The translations under genes were made by a program, and so were the position numbers. This document shows, one piece after another, positions 13,592 through 28,184 of a stretch of 58,488 nucleotides of DNA. Within the stretch, counting starts at the first letter, position 1; every line of letters starts with the position of its first letter. The notes beneath the pieces were generated by a model. The model worked only from the letters and a program-made list of their open reading frames with translations, was not told the DNA's origin and searched no databases. The stretch is taken from positions 82,728,512 to 82,786,999 of the forward strand of contig NC_068981.1 in NCBI RefSeq assembly GCF_001194135.2. Direction: 5' to 3'. The stretch is from Octopus bimaculoides (lineage: Eukaryota).

Positions 13592-15259
13592 ATAGTTCGT
13601 TTTTATGTCAAGTTATGTATAAACATTGTTTGACTTTGAACTGAAGGATTACCCAATATTTCTAGTAGAGGATATGCTTATTAACTTTTTACTAAAGTTA
13701 ACAGTTATTTCAAAGTCGTGTATATGTGTGTATGTATGTGTGTGTGTGTCTGTGTGTGCAAAACCGAGAACTGTTTTCATTCTCCATTCTCTGGTGTCTC
13801 TATTTTTTGATCTTTTCATTAAAATATTTCCTCGATTTGTATTGGTTGATGTTATCGTGTATCACGACTGTTATTTTAAGAAACACTTTTTTTCCTTGTT
13901 TTTCTCTGATCATAATATCTAATTAAATAATAATAATAACGACGGTTGAATGGCTGAATCATTTCTTTTCTGGAAAAAAAAAATCTTGTTTATATGTTCC
14001 GTCTCCTCTTTAATTCTTGAGTACAAATTCCGATGCAGCAAACTTTTCCTTTAGTCCTTTCGGGGTCGATAAAGACAAGTACAAACGAAGAGCTCGGGGC
14101 GATAGAATTGATTAAACCTTAAGTTGAAAACTGCTGGCCTTGTGCCTAAATCAGAAGCCATTATAATTATTATTATTAATAGTAGAATTAGTAGCAGTAG
14201 GCTTGCAGGATGGTAGAATCAATAGATTAGCGATGTGTATACATGAGATAAATACCATACATTCCTTTTAATTTCGAAGATCGAGATGAAATTCCATCAC
14301 GTTTAACGCCTTAGCGTCGTTGGACGATGTACCAGTCAATTACTGGGGTTGAACTATGTGACTATAATTTCTCTTAATTATATGGCTTCGAACCCTTGTT
14401 AGAAAACCTTATTACATTATTTGAAATGAAATCTGGAATGCATTATACAGCAAAGCTTGTTTGAGTTTTTTGTTAATTCCATCGTATAACAATCCTATTC
14501 TTGTGGTTTTATTTACATTTTGTTTATCAGGTGAAACTATATTCTCGTCTAATTTGAATGGTGTTAAATAATCGAAAGATCGATTCTCTTCTCTCTTTTC
14601 ATTTGTGATTATGATATAAATTTAATCATAGTCAGAACATAGGTTGAGACATAGAAACATCGAGGTAGAAAACTTCACACATTCTTGTTTGTTTTTATAT
14701 TTTTCTCTCTTTGCATCACAATGTTTGCATATGTATTTCTTTGTTTCCATGTACCACCTCGTCATATTGAATCATCATCAGTCTTCATTCTTTCAGCTCT
14801 TAAAAGGTGTTTGTTAGAGATAGTGCATGCCATTTCAAAAGTTTGTTTAATTAAACCGTATTTCGCAAAATTAATTATTCTCCCTGTCATTCTCATTTGC
14901 TAAGTTCAGTTAATTACTACTGCACAATGTTTGTGTCTGAGAACTAATTACAATGGCAATTTTAAAAGCAAGTAGAATTAGTATCAGTGTTAACTAAAAT
15001 AACAGTAGCAGTTCTTTTTATATTGGATCGTGTTACATATTTGTTCGCGATTATATAGTCAACATAACTAAACCTTAGTACATGACTGTTAAATATTTTG
15101 TCAATTAAATGCAACATCAAATTTTTCAATATTTGAATGTAAATGATTATAAACTATCAGATATTTGATACTAATCCTTTTCTTCCAGTTCACTTATTTG
15201 TTACGTTGACGTTAGGTTCCAAAATATTAGCTGAAAGCAATAATTATTTTATCTTTATC

Positions 15260-15365
15260 TCTTACTAGTTTCTATCATTGGACTGTGGTCATGCTGGGGC
15301 ACCGACTGGAAGGGTTTAGTCGAACAAATAGATCTCAGTAATTATTCTTTGAAAAACTGGTACAT
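15260..15365 (-). mobile_element. SINE family B tail fragment
   Basis: GACTGTGGTCATGCTGGGGCACCG..GGTTTAGTCGAACAAAT matches 22868-22960. Confidence 0.7.
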
Positions 15366-17539
15366 CGAGCCAAAGAGGATCTTGGAGACTACTCCACGAT
15401 CCTCTTTGGCTCGGTGGTGTATCTATGATTAACTCCATTGGCTCCGAAGCTCCTGAATTCTCGAACTGGAGCCTCACCACAAGATGTAATTTCATATCTT
15501 AACCAGGACATTCCACTGTTAGTACTGCCATTATATTCACAATACCCACTAACTTATGTATAATGTCGTACATTGGGGAAATTGGGTAGAGTCACTTAAA
15601 TAGATACCAGTACTTGAATGTTTCTTTGTGTTGTAGAATGCAGAAGAATGAAAGACAAAGCAAATATAAATCAGATTTTACACCAAGACCATTCCTTTGT
15701 ATTGCTTTTAGTTTAAGTATATATCTTTGAGATATTGGTTTCGTCAACTTCTATGGTCCCTGTCATTTCATTATTATTTTTCAGCATGATAGTATATTCT
15801 TTATTAATCTTTATCTGTCTAAGTTACATTTACTAAACTGAAATTCATGCCTGTTCCCGATATCTTTTTAAATGTTAATGTTAGATAATGCCGGATCAAA
15901 AATTAGTGGCGATTGGTATCCACGTTTTATTTTGCTTCTTTATTACAGACAATAATATTTTTTTTTTTTACAATACTACTTGTTAGTATCTTGCTTAGGA
16001 TATTGTTTGCTAATTATTCATGACATGGCTGATAATATAAGCATAGATATGACTTAAGTCAGGGTACATTGTCAAACGTCACCTGTTAATTAACCCCTGA
16101 CATGCGCATGCCGTTCTTTCTCCTATAGACTTCGGGCAACAATCTAACACATCAAACGCATTTTGATAATAAAGAGCGAATAAATCTTCTACTTCGTAGC
16201 TATGGTGAAGAAACAATGTGGTGATTGAGATTGACAGCTTTCCCGACAGAGCTTTTACTCTGAGGCCAAGCTCTCATCAACTTCATGTACCACCTAAACA
16301 GGAAGAGATGATTGTAGTGGAAAGTATTATTTTTCCGTAAATTTATGCTAGACAGATGAGAATAGTAATAGTTGTGTGGATAAATGGTCCTAGTCTAATG
16401 ATCTGACTGTGGGCCGGGAATGAGAACTGGGATATAGGGAAATCAGGGAAATACGATTATTGCTCCTTTTGACGATAATTTCTAATTATTTTATTGCCTA
16501 TTATTCTTATTGCTATTTATTGCGCAATATCTTTATTATGGATTTTGACTAAATCCTTCAGTAGACATCTTTCTTTGACTTAATGTTTTGTCTTTGTACT
16601 TTCCCCAATGTCTGGACAATTTCTGGCCAATAAAAGAAAACATAATAATTACTTCTACCATATGAAAAGTACCAAACATTTCTTTTCGGAAAATTCTATC
16701 ATATCGATCACATTTATTAGAACTTTATTTTATCGATCTCGAAGTATAAAATGTAAAATTGACCTTCCATCAACATTTTTTTAGCGTGGGTGCGTGTCGG
16801 TAGGAGTAAAAAACACTCAAAATATATTTTCTGTTAATAAATTTTTCTTTATACTTCGAATTCCTAGCTACAGTTTACGAGTAAACATATCTCCGACTGC
16901 ACACCCACAACATGCACGCCTCTAAATGTTTAGCATTTTGTTAAAAGAAAAATTCTTAAATGATAAACAAAAGGGACTCACAGACAAACAGAGAAAAAAT
17001 ATTACGCTGTTTTGTTGTTAATTATGACAGTCATGGTTAAGCCGAAATATTATTAAATGCCTTTTTGTCTTGACTATTCCATGTTTCCCAAGTATATCTT
17101 AATCAGAACCACGTTTTTCCAAGCTCATCTTGTTACTCCTCGTAAATCCACGACTGTTATTTATTTATTGCTTTGTTTATATTTTGTGTTTGTTCTGTAC
17201 TCATCATTTATCTGATTTTCTGTTTTGTTTTTTTCTTTTAGTCGGGAGGAAAGGTAGTGCCATTTAATCTTCACAGTGCAATCGGAACTGATTAGGAATT
17301 TATCCTTTACCGAAGCCCTGAGCCGAATGCTTGCAACGATGTGGACTCTGCTAAAGGCCTCCTGAGTGGTAGGCTGTGGTGTGAAAGCGGTCGATCGATT
17401 AGATCTACACCACAGTGGGCCACGGCAGAACATAAATTCAAAAAAAATTTAAGAAAAGAAAAAATAAGTAAAAAATACTGCCCAGCACTCGGACCGACAT
17501 TATAACTGTTTCACCAATACAATACACGAGATGGTTACC

Positions 17540-18290
17540 TTTTACTGCCTCTGAAAGGATGAAATGAGAAGTTGACCTTCGCAGGACTTTAGCTCACAAC
17601 ACAAAAGATTGATACAAATACTGCAAAGTAATCTGATGCTCTAACGATTTTGCAAATTCACTGCTTTCATTACTTCATACAGTCAACAAAATTATTTATT
17701 ATATTATGGTTGGAAAACATCGAGCTGGTAGATTCGTTACTGCGCAGGAGAAAATATTTAAGCGGCATTTCTTCCGTCTTTAAATTCTAAGTTCAAATGC
17801 CGCTGCGATCGACTTCTCTTCTCCTCTTTTCGAGACAAATAAAATAAGTACCAGTTAAGTCCTGGGATCGATGTAATCGATTCCCCCTATCTTCAAAATC
17901 TACTGGCCTCGTACTAAAAATTCAAAATCTCTATATTAAAGTGGAAAAGCAGAAAGATGGTAGGTTCTCTAATGTACCGGACAAAATGCTCAAGCGGCAT
18001 TTCTTCCGTCTGTGTATTATGAGTTAAAGCGTTGCCGAGGTCGTCTTTGCATTTTTCCATTTAAAGACAATAAAATAAAGCACAGTCAATCACTGGGTTC
18101 AATGAAATGGAATTCTCTCTCTCCTCAAAAAATTGCTGGCCTTTTGCCAAAATTAGAAAAGCTTGGAGCGTTTTATAGAAAAAGATGTTTTTGAATTTGT
18201 ATTGCGTTGTTTTATATTATGAGTTCAAATTCCTACATCAAGTTTGCCTTTTTATAAGTCTGGCTCGATGAAACAAGTAGCCGTCAAATA
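17540..18290. mobile_element. Cluster of SINE family A copies (one minus, then two to three plus)
   Basis: GAGCTGGTAGATTCGTTA..GCGGCATTTCTTCCGTC..GTTCAAAT..AATAAAATAAGTACCAG motifs are repeated; boundaries approximate. Confidence 0.75.
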
Positions 18291-19727
18291 TAAAGTCAAT
18301 TAATACGGCTGAAGCAACACTCGACATATTTGACCTTGTGCATACACTACAAATTACTCCAGAATTTAAAAAGATACATCATAAATGTACAAAAGCAATT
18401 GTCCCTGTATGTAAACGTGTCTAATTCTTACTATTTAAGCTTTATGTATAATACAAATTGTGAGTTTTTAAATGTTTGTTATATATCAAAAAAGGCTATG
18501 AAAACGGACAATGATTTGTCAAGTCACCCCTTATCTTGGCTGTCATCAGCACTGTCTGTGGTAGCAAACATATCATTTACCTTCTTTCCTCTTCAACTGA
18601 CCCTACTATGCAAACGGAAGAAAGCTTAATTTTCAGACGGATACAGGCCCTGATACCCCCATATACACACAAGCACGTACACACAGATACATACGCATAT
18701 AAGTTCACAATATCATTCGGCAGTTTAGTCTGTTGATACTTAGCTCACACATTCACAAACAGACATACAAATATAAGTAGACATTCAAATCAACACACGC
18801 GAGCGCACACACACACATACACACGCATGCGCATAAATATTTAATACATAGAGAAATGTGTATGTGTTCGCATGTATATGTGTTCGCATGTATATGTGTA
18901 TGTTTCTTTGTTTGTGTGCGTGTGTTTGTGTTTGAGCGTGCGTGTATGTGTTATGGCACAAAGAATTGTACGAACAAGGAATCTAAAATATAGTAAATGT
19001 TTGGTAATTGGAAATTCCAGAAACCTCTATTCTGAAAGTTTCTATAAAGCACTACTTTTTCAGCCTCCTATATACACACACATACATACATACATACATA
19101 CATACATATGTACATACATACATACATACATACATACATACATACATACATGTATCTATCGTGTGTTTGTGTGAGAGTCTGCGTGTGTGTGTGTGTGTGT
19201 GCGCGCGCACACGTGCGCGTGAATTAGAGACTCAAGGCAGATTAAAATTCTGCTGGTACAGAAAATCCAGGTATGGCACCGGTAAATCCAATGTGTAGGT
19301 CTATCAAAGAGTAAATTATAACCCAGATAAAAGGAGACAAAAAAGTGTTTAGCGCACCATTAATGAGCAGCTACCATTTCTTGAGTATTTTATACTCCTT
19401 TCTTTTCGATATAAGCAACGTACAACGCTTGAAAGACGCCCAATATAAGAGCGCAACTTTTGATGCAAGTCTGATGAAATGCCTCTCTAATGTTCAAAAC
19501 TGCAAATATTCCGCATATTTTCACAAGGAACTTTTGCGTTAAAAACAGAGAGGTACCGAAACAATTGTAACAGGTCATTAGAGATGTGCTAAACTCTTAT
19601 TTCGTCGTCTTACTTGGATCATACACACATACATACATTCGTACGTGCATGCATACATACACACACATACATACATGCATACATACATACATACATACAT
19701 ACATACATACATACATACATACATACA

Positions 19728-20250
19728 AGGCAGTGGTTCTCATGACTTCTGATCTTAAGTGATTGGAAGTGTTAGCATGTACATGATTTGTCTTGCTGTA
19801 ACAGATGGGCTACAATAAATATTCTGCTCAATACCACATATTTGCTCATCAGTCGTTTGAGCACAACCAGTTGAGCATGTTCCTTAGTGGCTCATGATAT
19901 GTGGATCTCTGATCACAAACAGAAGTAATGGGGAACATCAAAGCCATACGTTAAAAGGAATTCTTTGGAGTTTGAATAATTCACATCCGGAAACATGGGT
20001 GTTTCTTTCATCATCCTTAAACAACCCTTCTTCAGTGACGTTTTGAGCGGGATGGGTTACTCGTGCTGAAAACATCTTCTAACTGGGCCCCCACCTGCAA
20101 GGTCATGCGCTGATTACCTTGATATGAGATCACTGTTTCGCGCAAATATGGTTGTGATACATGTGCCTGGTGTATCCTCATCAGATGGGTATAATCGGTT
20201 TCCTATATTTGTACGCCAGTGTCACTTTGATGGCATACGCTGCTCTTTCA
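19728..20250. repeat. Unclassified interspersed repeat (probably non-LTR retroposon-derived)
   Basis: Higher-complexity block whose last 227 bp (20024-20250) recur at 20511-20736; family assignment is from memory only. Confidence 0.5.
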
Positions 20251-20510
20251 AGTGTTGCCGAGGTCGTCTTTGCATTTTTCCATTTAATAGTCAGTAAAAT
20301 AGAGCACAATCAATCACTGAGGTCAAAGAAATCAACTTCGATCTCTCCTCCAAAAATTGGTGGTCTTTTGCCAAAATTAGAAAACGTTAAGCTTGAAGTG
20401 TTTTATTGAAAAACATGCTTTTGAATTTGCAATTTTGCGTTGTTCTATATTATGGGTTCAAATTCCTATGACATCTAGGTAGCCTTTTTATAAGTCTGGC
20501 TCGATAAAGA

Positions 20511-20736
20511 ACCCTTCTTCAGTGATCTTTTGAGCGGGATCGGTTATTCAGCCTGAAAAAATATTCTAACTGAGCCCTACCTGCAAGGTCATGCACTGTT
20601 TATCTTGATATGAGATCACTATCTCGCGCATATATGTTTGAAATACATATGCCTGGTGTATCTTTATCAGATGGGTATATTCGGCTTTGTATATTTGTAC
20701 GCCAGTGTCACCTTGATGGCATGCGCTGCTCTTTCA
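20511..20736. repeat. Second direct copy of 20024-20250
   Basis: ACCCTTCTTCAGTGA..TTTGAGCGGGAT..CCTGCAAGGTCATGC..GATATGAGATCACT..CAGATGGGTATA..GCCAGTGTCAC..GCTGCTCTTTCA is colinear in both. Confidence 0.9.
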
Positions 20737-22387
20737 GTCATACATATGTGAATACATGTATACATACTCACAACCTGTATATACCTATTTTAGATTTTCT
20801 TCTACCTAGATACTATTTAATTTAACTGATACGTTGCCATCGTAAAATTTTCATTTTCATTTCCCTCCTTGATACTTTGCTATGTTGTTTAGGACTAGGA
20901 TAGCTCTGATCGATAAAACATAGGATGAAAGGCATTCCAACCAAAGGACTCCCGTCTTTTATACCTCTGCAGGATGTTGTCTAATATGTCTTTTCATATT
21001 TAAGATGTTACTCGAAGCAGTGAGGTGACCAAGTCTTTAACATGACGGACGAAACACTTAGTGGCATTTCTTCCATCTCTTTAACATGCTGAGTTCAAGT
21101 AATGCCAAGGTCACCTTTATCATTTATCCTTTCAGGCTCAATAAAATAAAGTATCAATCAACTACTGCGATCGGTGTAATCAACTAACTCCAACCAATTT
21201 CTGGGTGTCTGCCAAAATTTGAAACGATATTTCAGATGATATTTGTGATTTGAGAGCCCTTGGCTACAAGATCCTCCTGCTGTAGCCAGCACGTAGGGAC
21301 CGTATCGAATGGTTGTAATCAGTATAGAGCGTTGTCAAGCCCTGATTTCAAATTCTGATTGGCTTGATCCTTAAAATATTTCGAATAACTAATCGATAAG
21401 TAGGGTTTAAAATTACTGTTAATAGAAGGCAGAAAGAAAAAAAAAATGAATGCCTTTCCATACGCGGATAATATCAGAAGCTGAATATACTTAAAACATA
21501 AAGAATGTAAAAAGGACAATACAAAGTAGACAGAAATGTCCTTCAGTAGTATTTAACTAGTTCAGAGAGGACAATAGTGCTGATTTGAGTGGTGGTGATG
21601 AGAAGGATGATAATGATGATGATGTTGATGGTAATGATGATGATGTGATGATATTAGTGATGAAGATGTTGATGATAATGACTGACAACTGTTTTTAAAA
21701 TAAATACGTAAAAAATTCCTTCGTTATCACCATATGGTCTTCGAATTTTTTTTTGGTTCACCTGTACAGCTGGCTGTTTAGCTCCTGCTCAATTCTGATC
21801 GAGTAGAACTATGATCAAAAGTGTTTCAGCCAGAAAAATCCATGTAGGTAGGTGCATTTAAAGGTGCTTAGTTACAGCATTTGATAGAATCCATTGCACT
21901 TTGAGCTTAAATCAGACCGAGATTAACTTTGCTATTCCGTCTTCCGGATAACTAAAACACCAGTTAAAGCATTGGAGTTGATTCTCCATTCTCTCTCTCC
22001 CGCTCTCTGTTTTCCACTATCTTTCCTTCACTCTTTTTTCTTGTTTTTTTTTCTTTCTTTCAGTACGTTACGTTGTACCAAGTACAGGCTCGTCGGAGAT
22101 CATTCATAGCGTTACTGCTTTCTATTGTAGGGAATGCGGAAGAGGACAAAAAGAAGAAGAAGAAGAAGAAGATGAAGAGGAGGAGGAGGAGGACAACAAT
22201 AAGGAAGAGGTGGTGGTTTGCCAGAGTTGTTGGAACATCTGACGAAGTGCCTTGCGTTTCTTCGGTTTTCTGCTGTGTGAGTTCAAATTCCGCTGAGGAC
22301 AGCTATCCCTTTCATCTTTTCGGAGTTGGTAAATATACTGTCAGTCAAACTGTGGTACGGATCAAACACACTCACACAAACACACAC

Positions 22388-22547
22388 GTTATGGGCTTCT
22401 ACAATGTTTCTGTCTACCAAAACTCACTCACAAGGCATCGGTCAACCCCAGGTTATAGTAGAAACACTTGTCTGAGGTGGTGCGCAGTGAGGCCGAACCC
22501 GAAACCTCTTAGTTGCAAAGCGATCTTCTTAACCACGCAGACCTACC
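22388..22547 (-). mobile_element. SINE family B, head half, diverged
   Basis: Colinear with 23085-23248 (GTCTACCAAA..CACTCACAAGGC..CTATAG..CAGTG..GAACCC). Confidence 0.75.
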
Positions 22548-22867
22548 TTATTTCAATACTATAATTATTTCCAATATATCTAAATAAATTGCTTTCGTTT
22601 TTGGATTTGGCTTGCAAGATTCTTTATGTGAGCTCGTGTGTTGAAGCGTATTCTGTTGTGTCTGGGATGAGTTATTCTTTTTTAGTGCCTTGTAAGTGTG
22701 TTAAATTATAAGGCACTAAATAAATTGCATTATCTGTTTTCCTTTGATGTAGTCGAGGAATCTGGCCGGCACATTATGGAGGTTTATATATATTGCGAAA
22801 GACTCATGGTGTAATCAATGATGCTACTGTTGATTAAAACTATGAGTTATATTCATCTTTTATCTTT

Positions 22868-23046
22868 AACGTGTTTTAGTCATTTGACTGCGGCCATGCT
22901 GGGGCACCGCCTTGAAAGGTTTTGGTCGAAAAAATCGACCCCAGGAATTTTTTTAAAAGCCTCGTACTAATTCTAGCGGTTTCCTTTTACCAATCGCTAA
23001 GTTACGAGCACGTAAACACACCAACACCGGTTGTCGAGCGGTGGTG

Positions 23047-23086
<40 letters not shown>

Positions 23087-23248
23087 GACGGGATTCTTTC
23101 AGTTTCCGTCTACCAAATTCACTCACGATGCCTTGGTCAGTCCGAGGCTATAGCGGAAGGTATTAGCCCAATGTGGCACACAGTGGGATGGAACCCAGAA
23201 CCATGTGTTTAGGAGGCAAGCTTCTTACCACACAGCCACGCCTGCGCC
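22868..23248 (-). mobile_element. Near full-length tRNA-derived SINE family B (Octopus OR-like) with internal (TA)n
   Basis: Minus-strand head GGCGCAGGCGTGGCTGTGTGGTAAG (A box) .. GGTTCCATCCC (B-box-like), followed by body and tail shared with other copies. Confidence 0.85.
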
Positions 23249-24244
23249 TTGCACATATATATATATATATTTTTCAATTAATGTTGTTGATTACGTTGCT
23301 ATTGTTCTTGTTCTTGTTAATGACAAGATTGGTGATTCTCTTATTTGTTATTCCTTTGTCGATTGCTGCTATTACTTCTAGAATTGTTACAATTTTTTTT
23401 TTCTGAATTTATGTCTCTTTATTTATTTATTTATTTATTTATTTATTCATTTTATATATTTATCTTCATCAATCTGAGTTATTTTCTCCTTTTCGTTTAT
23501 CTTAATTCTGTTTGTTTTTTCTCTCTCTCTCTCTTTTATTTTAGTTTTTTTTTACGGGACTATAATTTCCTTTCTCCGCTTTTAATCGTTTCCGCTCTTT
23601 TTCCTCTTCCTTCACATTTTCTTTGCCATTACTCTGTCTATATATCTTTTAGTCCTTTTCTCTTTGCTCTCTCTGTCTCTTTCTCTACATTTCTCTCCCC
23701 CCTCTCCCTCTCTCTCTCTCTTACTTTAAATCGACTATTTTTACATCCCACTATCGTCCCTACTCACCACTTCTCAACCTATCCTACAACCAAGCTATCC
23801 ATTTCACCTCAACCAACCTTCTCTATTTACCCTTTGTCTCCTCCTCCTCCTCCTCCTCCCATCTTCCCTTCACCTTTCACTCACTCACTCACTCTCTCTC
23901 TTTCTCTCTCTCTCTCTCTCTGTTTCTCTCTTATAAATTCTCTACCTCTTTATTTTATCTATTTCTCCTTAGCTTTCTCTCATTTAACGTGACACGTCTT
24001 TTCTTTTCTCACATTCTCTCATTTGATCATTATCACTGTTTTACACTGCATTTATCTTTCTATATATCTCTATCTCTCTAACTATTAATCTCTCTAACTC
24101 AGTGATACCTTTTATAGTTTTTTTCTATGTCTATAATCCTTGTTATCTCTTCAACCATCGCGTCAGCCATCCAGCTAATTATCTTTCTCGCCCGTTCTTT
24201 CTCTTACACACACAGAAAACATACTTTTTCTTTTGTGTTAAAGT

Positions 24245-24280
<36 letters not shown>

Positions 24281-27200
24281 TATATGTATGTATGTATGTA
24301 TGTATATATATATATANNNNNNNNNNNNNNNNNNNNNNNNNNNNNNNNNNNNNNNNNNNNNNNNNNNNNNNNNNNNNNNNNNNNNNNNNNNNNNNNNNNN
24401 NNNNNNNNNNNNNNNNNNNNNNNNNNNNNNNNNNNNNNNNNNNNNNNTTTTACAGGGCTTTATTAATCTGATGTGTATCCTTATTCATTCTTCTTTGTTG
24501 AACACAATGACAAAGAAAACTACATTTGGTTTCCCTTTTTACTGTGAGGTTGACGTTATTGAGCGAATTGTGACTGCAATGTGTTTTCCTAGCCCAATTA
24601 AATATTTTACCTTCGTTTATTTCACTAATATGATTGAGGAAGACAAAACTGAATAAAAACAACGAAAACAGCAACAAAGAAAATATGAAAAAAAAAACCA
24701 ACTCAATTTACATTTGTTTCCTTTAGCGGAGCTCTGTAGCGTCAAGCAGGTGATAAATGAAGGTTTTTTTTTTCCCCTCTTGGATATGACGCCAGTCTAC
24801 CACCGATAATACTCCCTTAACAAGCTGCAAGCCAATCATTCGTTTCACTAAGTAATGTGTCGTTTGGTTTAATATTTCATTAAAAAATATTTAATGACTG
24901 TGTCTATTGACGATAAATATTATTTAGCTACTGGTATAGAGTAAGTTGTCTTTCGGTGACACAAATTTACTTCGGGAGATCGATTCCTTTTCTGGAAGTA
25001 ATTTTATTCACTTAGCTGCAAGGACCTTTGAGGGAGAGAGAGAGGTGTGTGAACGTTACGACTTTCAGTTTATTACGTCTCTTAAATACAAGTACTAATC
25101 ATCAGAAATCGTTTTTTATATTGGCAATTTATTGCAGAATTTTCTAAAATAATTAAATCAAATTATTTATTTTTAAATAAAATGTATTCGACCATTTAAT
25201 GAATTTTTCGCTGTATTTTTTATTAAAATTAATTAAAAGTGCCTCAAAAAGTGCAAAAACTATTTTAATCAATAAATTGATAATTTCTTTAAAAAGTTTT
25301 CAATTGTAATCAAATACTGCAATTAATTATTGGTCAACAATTTTAATTTACGGTTTTGGTAACAAATTTTATTTATTGAATAGTTGGCCAGGCATTTCTG
25401 CCAAGTAATTTCTATTCCCAGTGGGAGTTACTTTAAACATGCTGCCAGTGTTTTAGAAAAGCTATGAGTACTATAACATCCCATTTCTCCTCTTCTGTAC
25501 ATACTATCTCAAGTTTTATGTCCATTTAACTAATTACTACTGAGCGGGAGTTACGGGCTATATATTGAAATAACGATTCGATTCTCGGTTCAGTTTCACT
25601 CTATTTTATTAAAGGTTCAGATATCCCTATTAATAAATTTAATTTCATCTTTTATACGCAAAAAGTGATAAAAATGATAGTAACTTCAGAGAGCTGAGTG
25701 AGGTATATTGGTACCTTGTGTTTCTTAATCGAAACGTTTAAAGCGTCCCTTGTCTTCTACATATCTGGTTTTTTTAACATTTTTTTTTACCTCGGTTTAT
25801 TCTCTACGTATGAGTTCTCATGTGTGAAATATATTCTATACTCATAGTAAACAATTCATGATACCCACAAGAGTTAACATTCTGCAAATTTCCAGGTTCC
25901 GTTCTGACGGTCGCAGATAACTAGTCAAGATCACTAGTTTGTTGTATGTCACCAGGTCTGTGAAATGTCAACAGAAATATTTACGCATGCATACGCACGA
26001 GGAAGTCCAGTAGTTTAATTTACAAATCTTATAGTAATAGATTGCATCATATTAATTGTAAGTTATGTCTATACAGAAGGATTGTCGAGTATTTCTTTCA
26101 CTTGCAGAATTGAGATCAATCTTACCACTGGGAATGTTATCGGCAAAATGAGAACATTATTTATGTCCAAGTCAAGGCAGCAATGATTAGTATGTTTTAA
26201 TACTATATTGCTGCTTTAATTTGCTGCTTTAATTTGCTGCTAGGGAATATTAATTTCAGTATTTTTATAACTCAATTTTCCAATCAACCATCAGAGTTTA
26301 CGAAATCACCGTCTTAAATAGTACTGACAGTATACTCATATATGTTCTGTTTTATAACGGAATACAAATAAGCTATACTATGCGTAACTTTAAGTGCATT
26401 CGCGATACAAATAAAAGTTTTAAAACGAAACAAAACGGGGGGAAATTATCTCTATTCATTGTTCAGTGTAATTTGTCATATGTGTATTTTCTGTAGATTA
26501 CGCACATAGATCTCATATATTAAGTAACCTGAGAATCGGAGGTGTTATGCCTAAATATTTCGAAAGTATGCAGGGAACAATTTTCATCCGATTAATAAAA
26601 CAGAGGACTACAGGTAATTAATATACAGAGCACTACATTACTGCTGACTCATCACCTATATCTTTAACTCTAGCTTGCTGGATTTAGTTTACTTCAATGT
26701 CTTGGTCAAGTATGTTGTCAAAGAGATTGAGATTTAAAATATGTAATCTCTATACTCCAGAAAAATAAATTTTGTTGGCAGGAAATTGAATATATCTTAG
26801 AAGATTGAATATATGTCCCTTGGTTTACAGGAAACACTAACAGTAAAAAATTAAAGCGTCTATGTAAAGATACTAAATCTTTGATTTTAGAGGCGAATGA
26901 ATGCTTATCTGTACACTTCGAATATTGCAACTGGGATACGGCTTCTAAGTTTACACATAAGTAGCTTGTTTTGAAGATGACTGTTAGAAAAATATTTCTA
27001 GTATATGCTTAATTTGATTTTAAAGAAGGGTATAGTCTATTAAACAGAACTCCTTACATTATTGATAACACTCAAACAAACTTTAATTGAGAGCATACTA
27101 ATACATAGAGATTAAATATTATAGAATACTAGTTATTGCTCTTTACCCTTATCACTAATAATGAAAATAATTTCTAACATTTTCAGTCTCATAAATGTCG

Positions 27201-27945
27201 AAAGACCACAGAATCGATTGAATCACATTTCATAAATATTACACAATTCATTTATTAAGAATATATAAGTAGTAAAATCGAACTCGTTGTGATTTTGAAG
27301 TCTTGATTTCAGGTTTTTTTCTCATGCACTAAGGAAAACCAGTATGATCGGCGGTGACAGTGACTTAAAGCATCTAAGTGTATACACAATAGGACATCTA
27401 ATTGCGTTAAGTGGGCAAGAGGCGGCGTTCTCTCACTGAAAAAATGTACATTTTAAAACTGCTTAGCACGAAGACTGGACAGCCATAATGCTGGAATGGA
27501 AACCATGGGACTCCTTATCTAAATACATATTGTGAATAGATAGCACCATTCCATAATTTTCACTGGAACTTTAAAGAAATAAGACTGGAATTGAAAGTAA
27601 AAAATACCACTTTTATCTATTGCGTCAGTGTGATCTCCCATTCAGTAGATGTTAGGAAATGATTATCGAGCCAATTTCTCTATACCTCAAGAAAGATAGA
27701 GTGCGACCAACAGACTGCTCAATTATTAACATTATTTTAAATAGGTTAGGGCGTAAACAACTTGAGCATGTCAAAATTTATATGAAATCCTTGCATTAAT
27801 AACTATAATAGCAACATAATGTGAGTACAGATACTTTATTCTTGTATAGGTTTCAGTTATTGAACATCGGTGACTTCCCACCATCTTGAATGTCATTGGT
27901 CAGTCATATATAAATCTCATTTCATATGTATATGATCTGTGTATC

Positions 27946-27990
<45 letters not shown>

Positions 27991-27993
<3 letters not shown>

Positions 27994-28152
27994 TCGTAGC
28001 CAAAAGTTTGGAATATCTTTTTTAAGTAAAATTGTTGCGCCCAAGTACAATTCGATTCAAATATATACAACATAGAGATATACTTACCTAATAACTGATC
28101 CGATGGTTCAATTCTAATTTTCAGAGCTATGTTCCGAATTCTTGGCCACGAC

Positions 28153-28154
<2 letters not shown>
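27991..28154. mobile_element. 164-bp Tc1-like MITE
   Basis: TA|CAGTCGTAGCCAAAAGTTTGGAA ... TTCCGAATTCTTGGCCACGACTG|TA: 23-bp imperfect TIRs and a TA target. Confidence 0.85.

Positions 28155-28184
<30 letters not shown>

Noticed and set aside
20110-20190. CTGATGAGGATACA..TGTATC..GAAAC on the minus strand
   Set aside because: Sixteen unpaired bases separate stem II from GAAA, there is no stem I partner, and the duplicate at 20511-20736 does not keep the core.
24448-24656. Possible exon after TTTTACAG acceptor (GFINLMCILIHSS..)
   Set aside because: The upstream context is a gap, the peptide is unrecognisable, and there is no convincing donor or partner exon.
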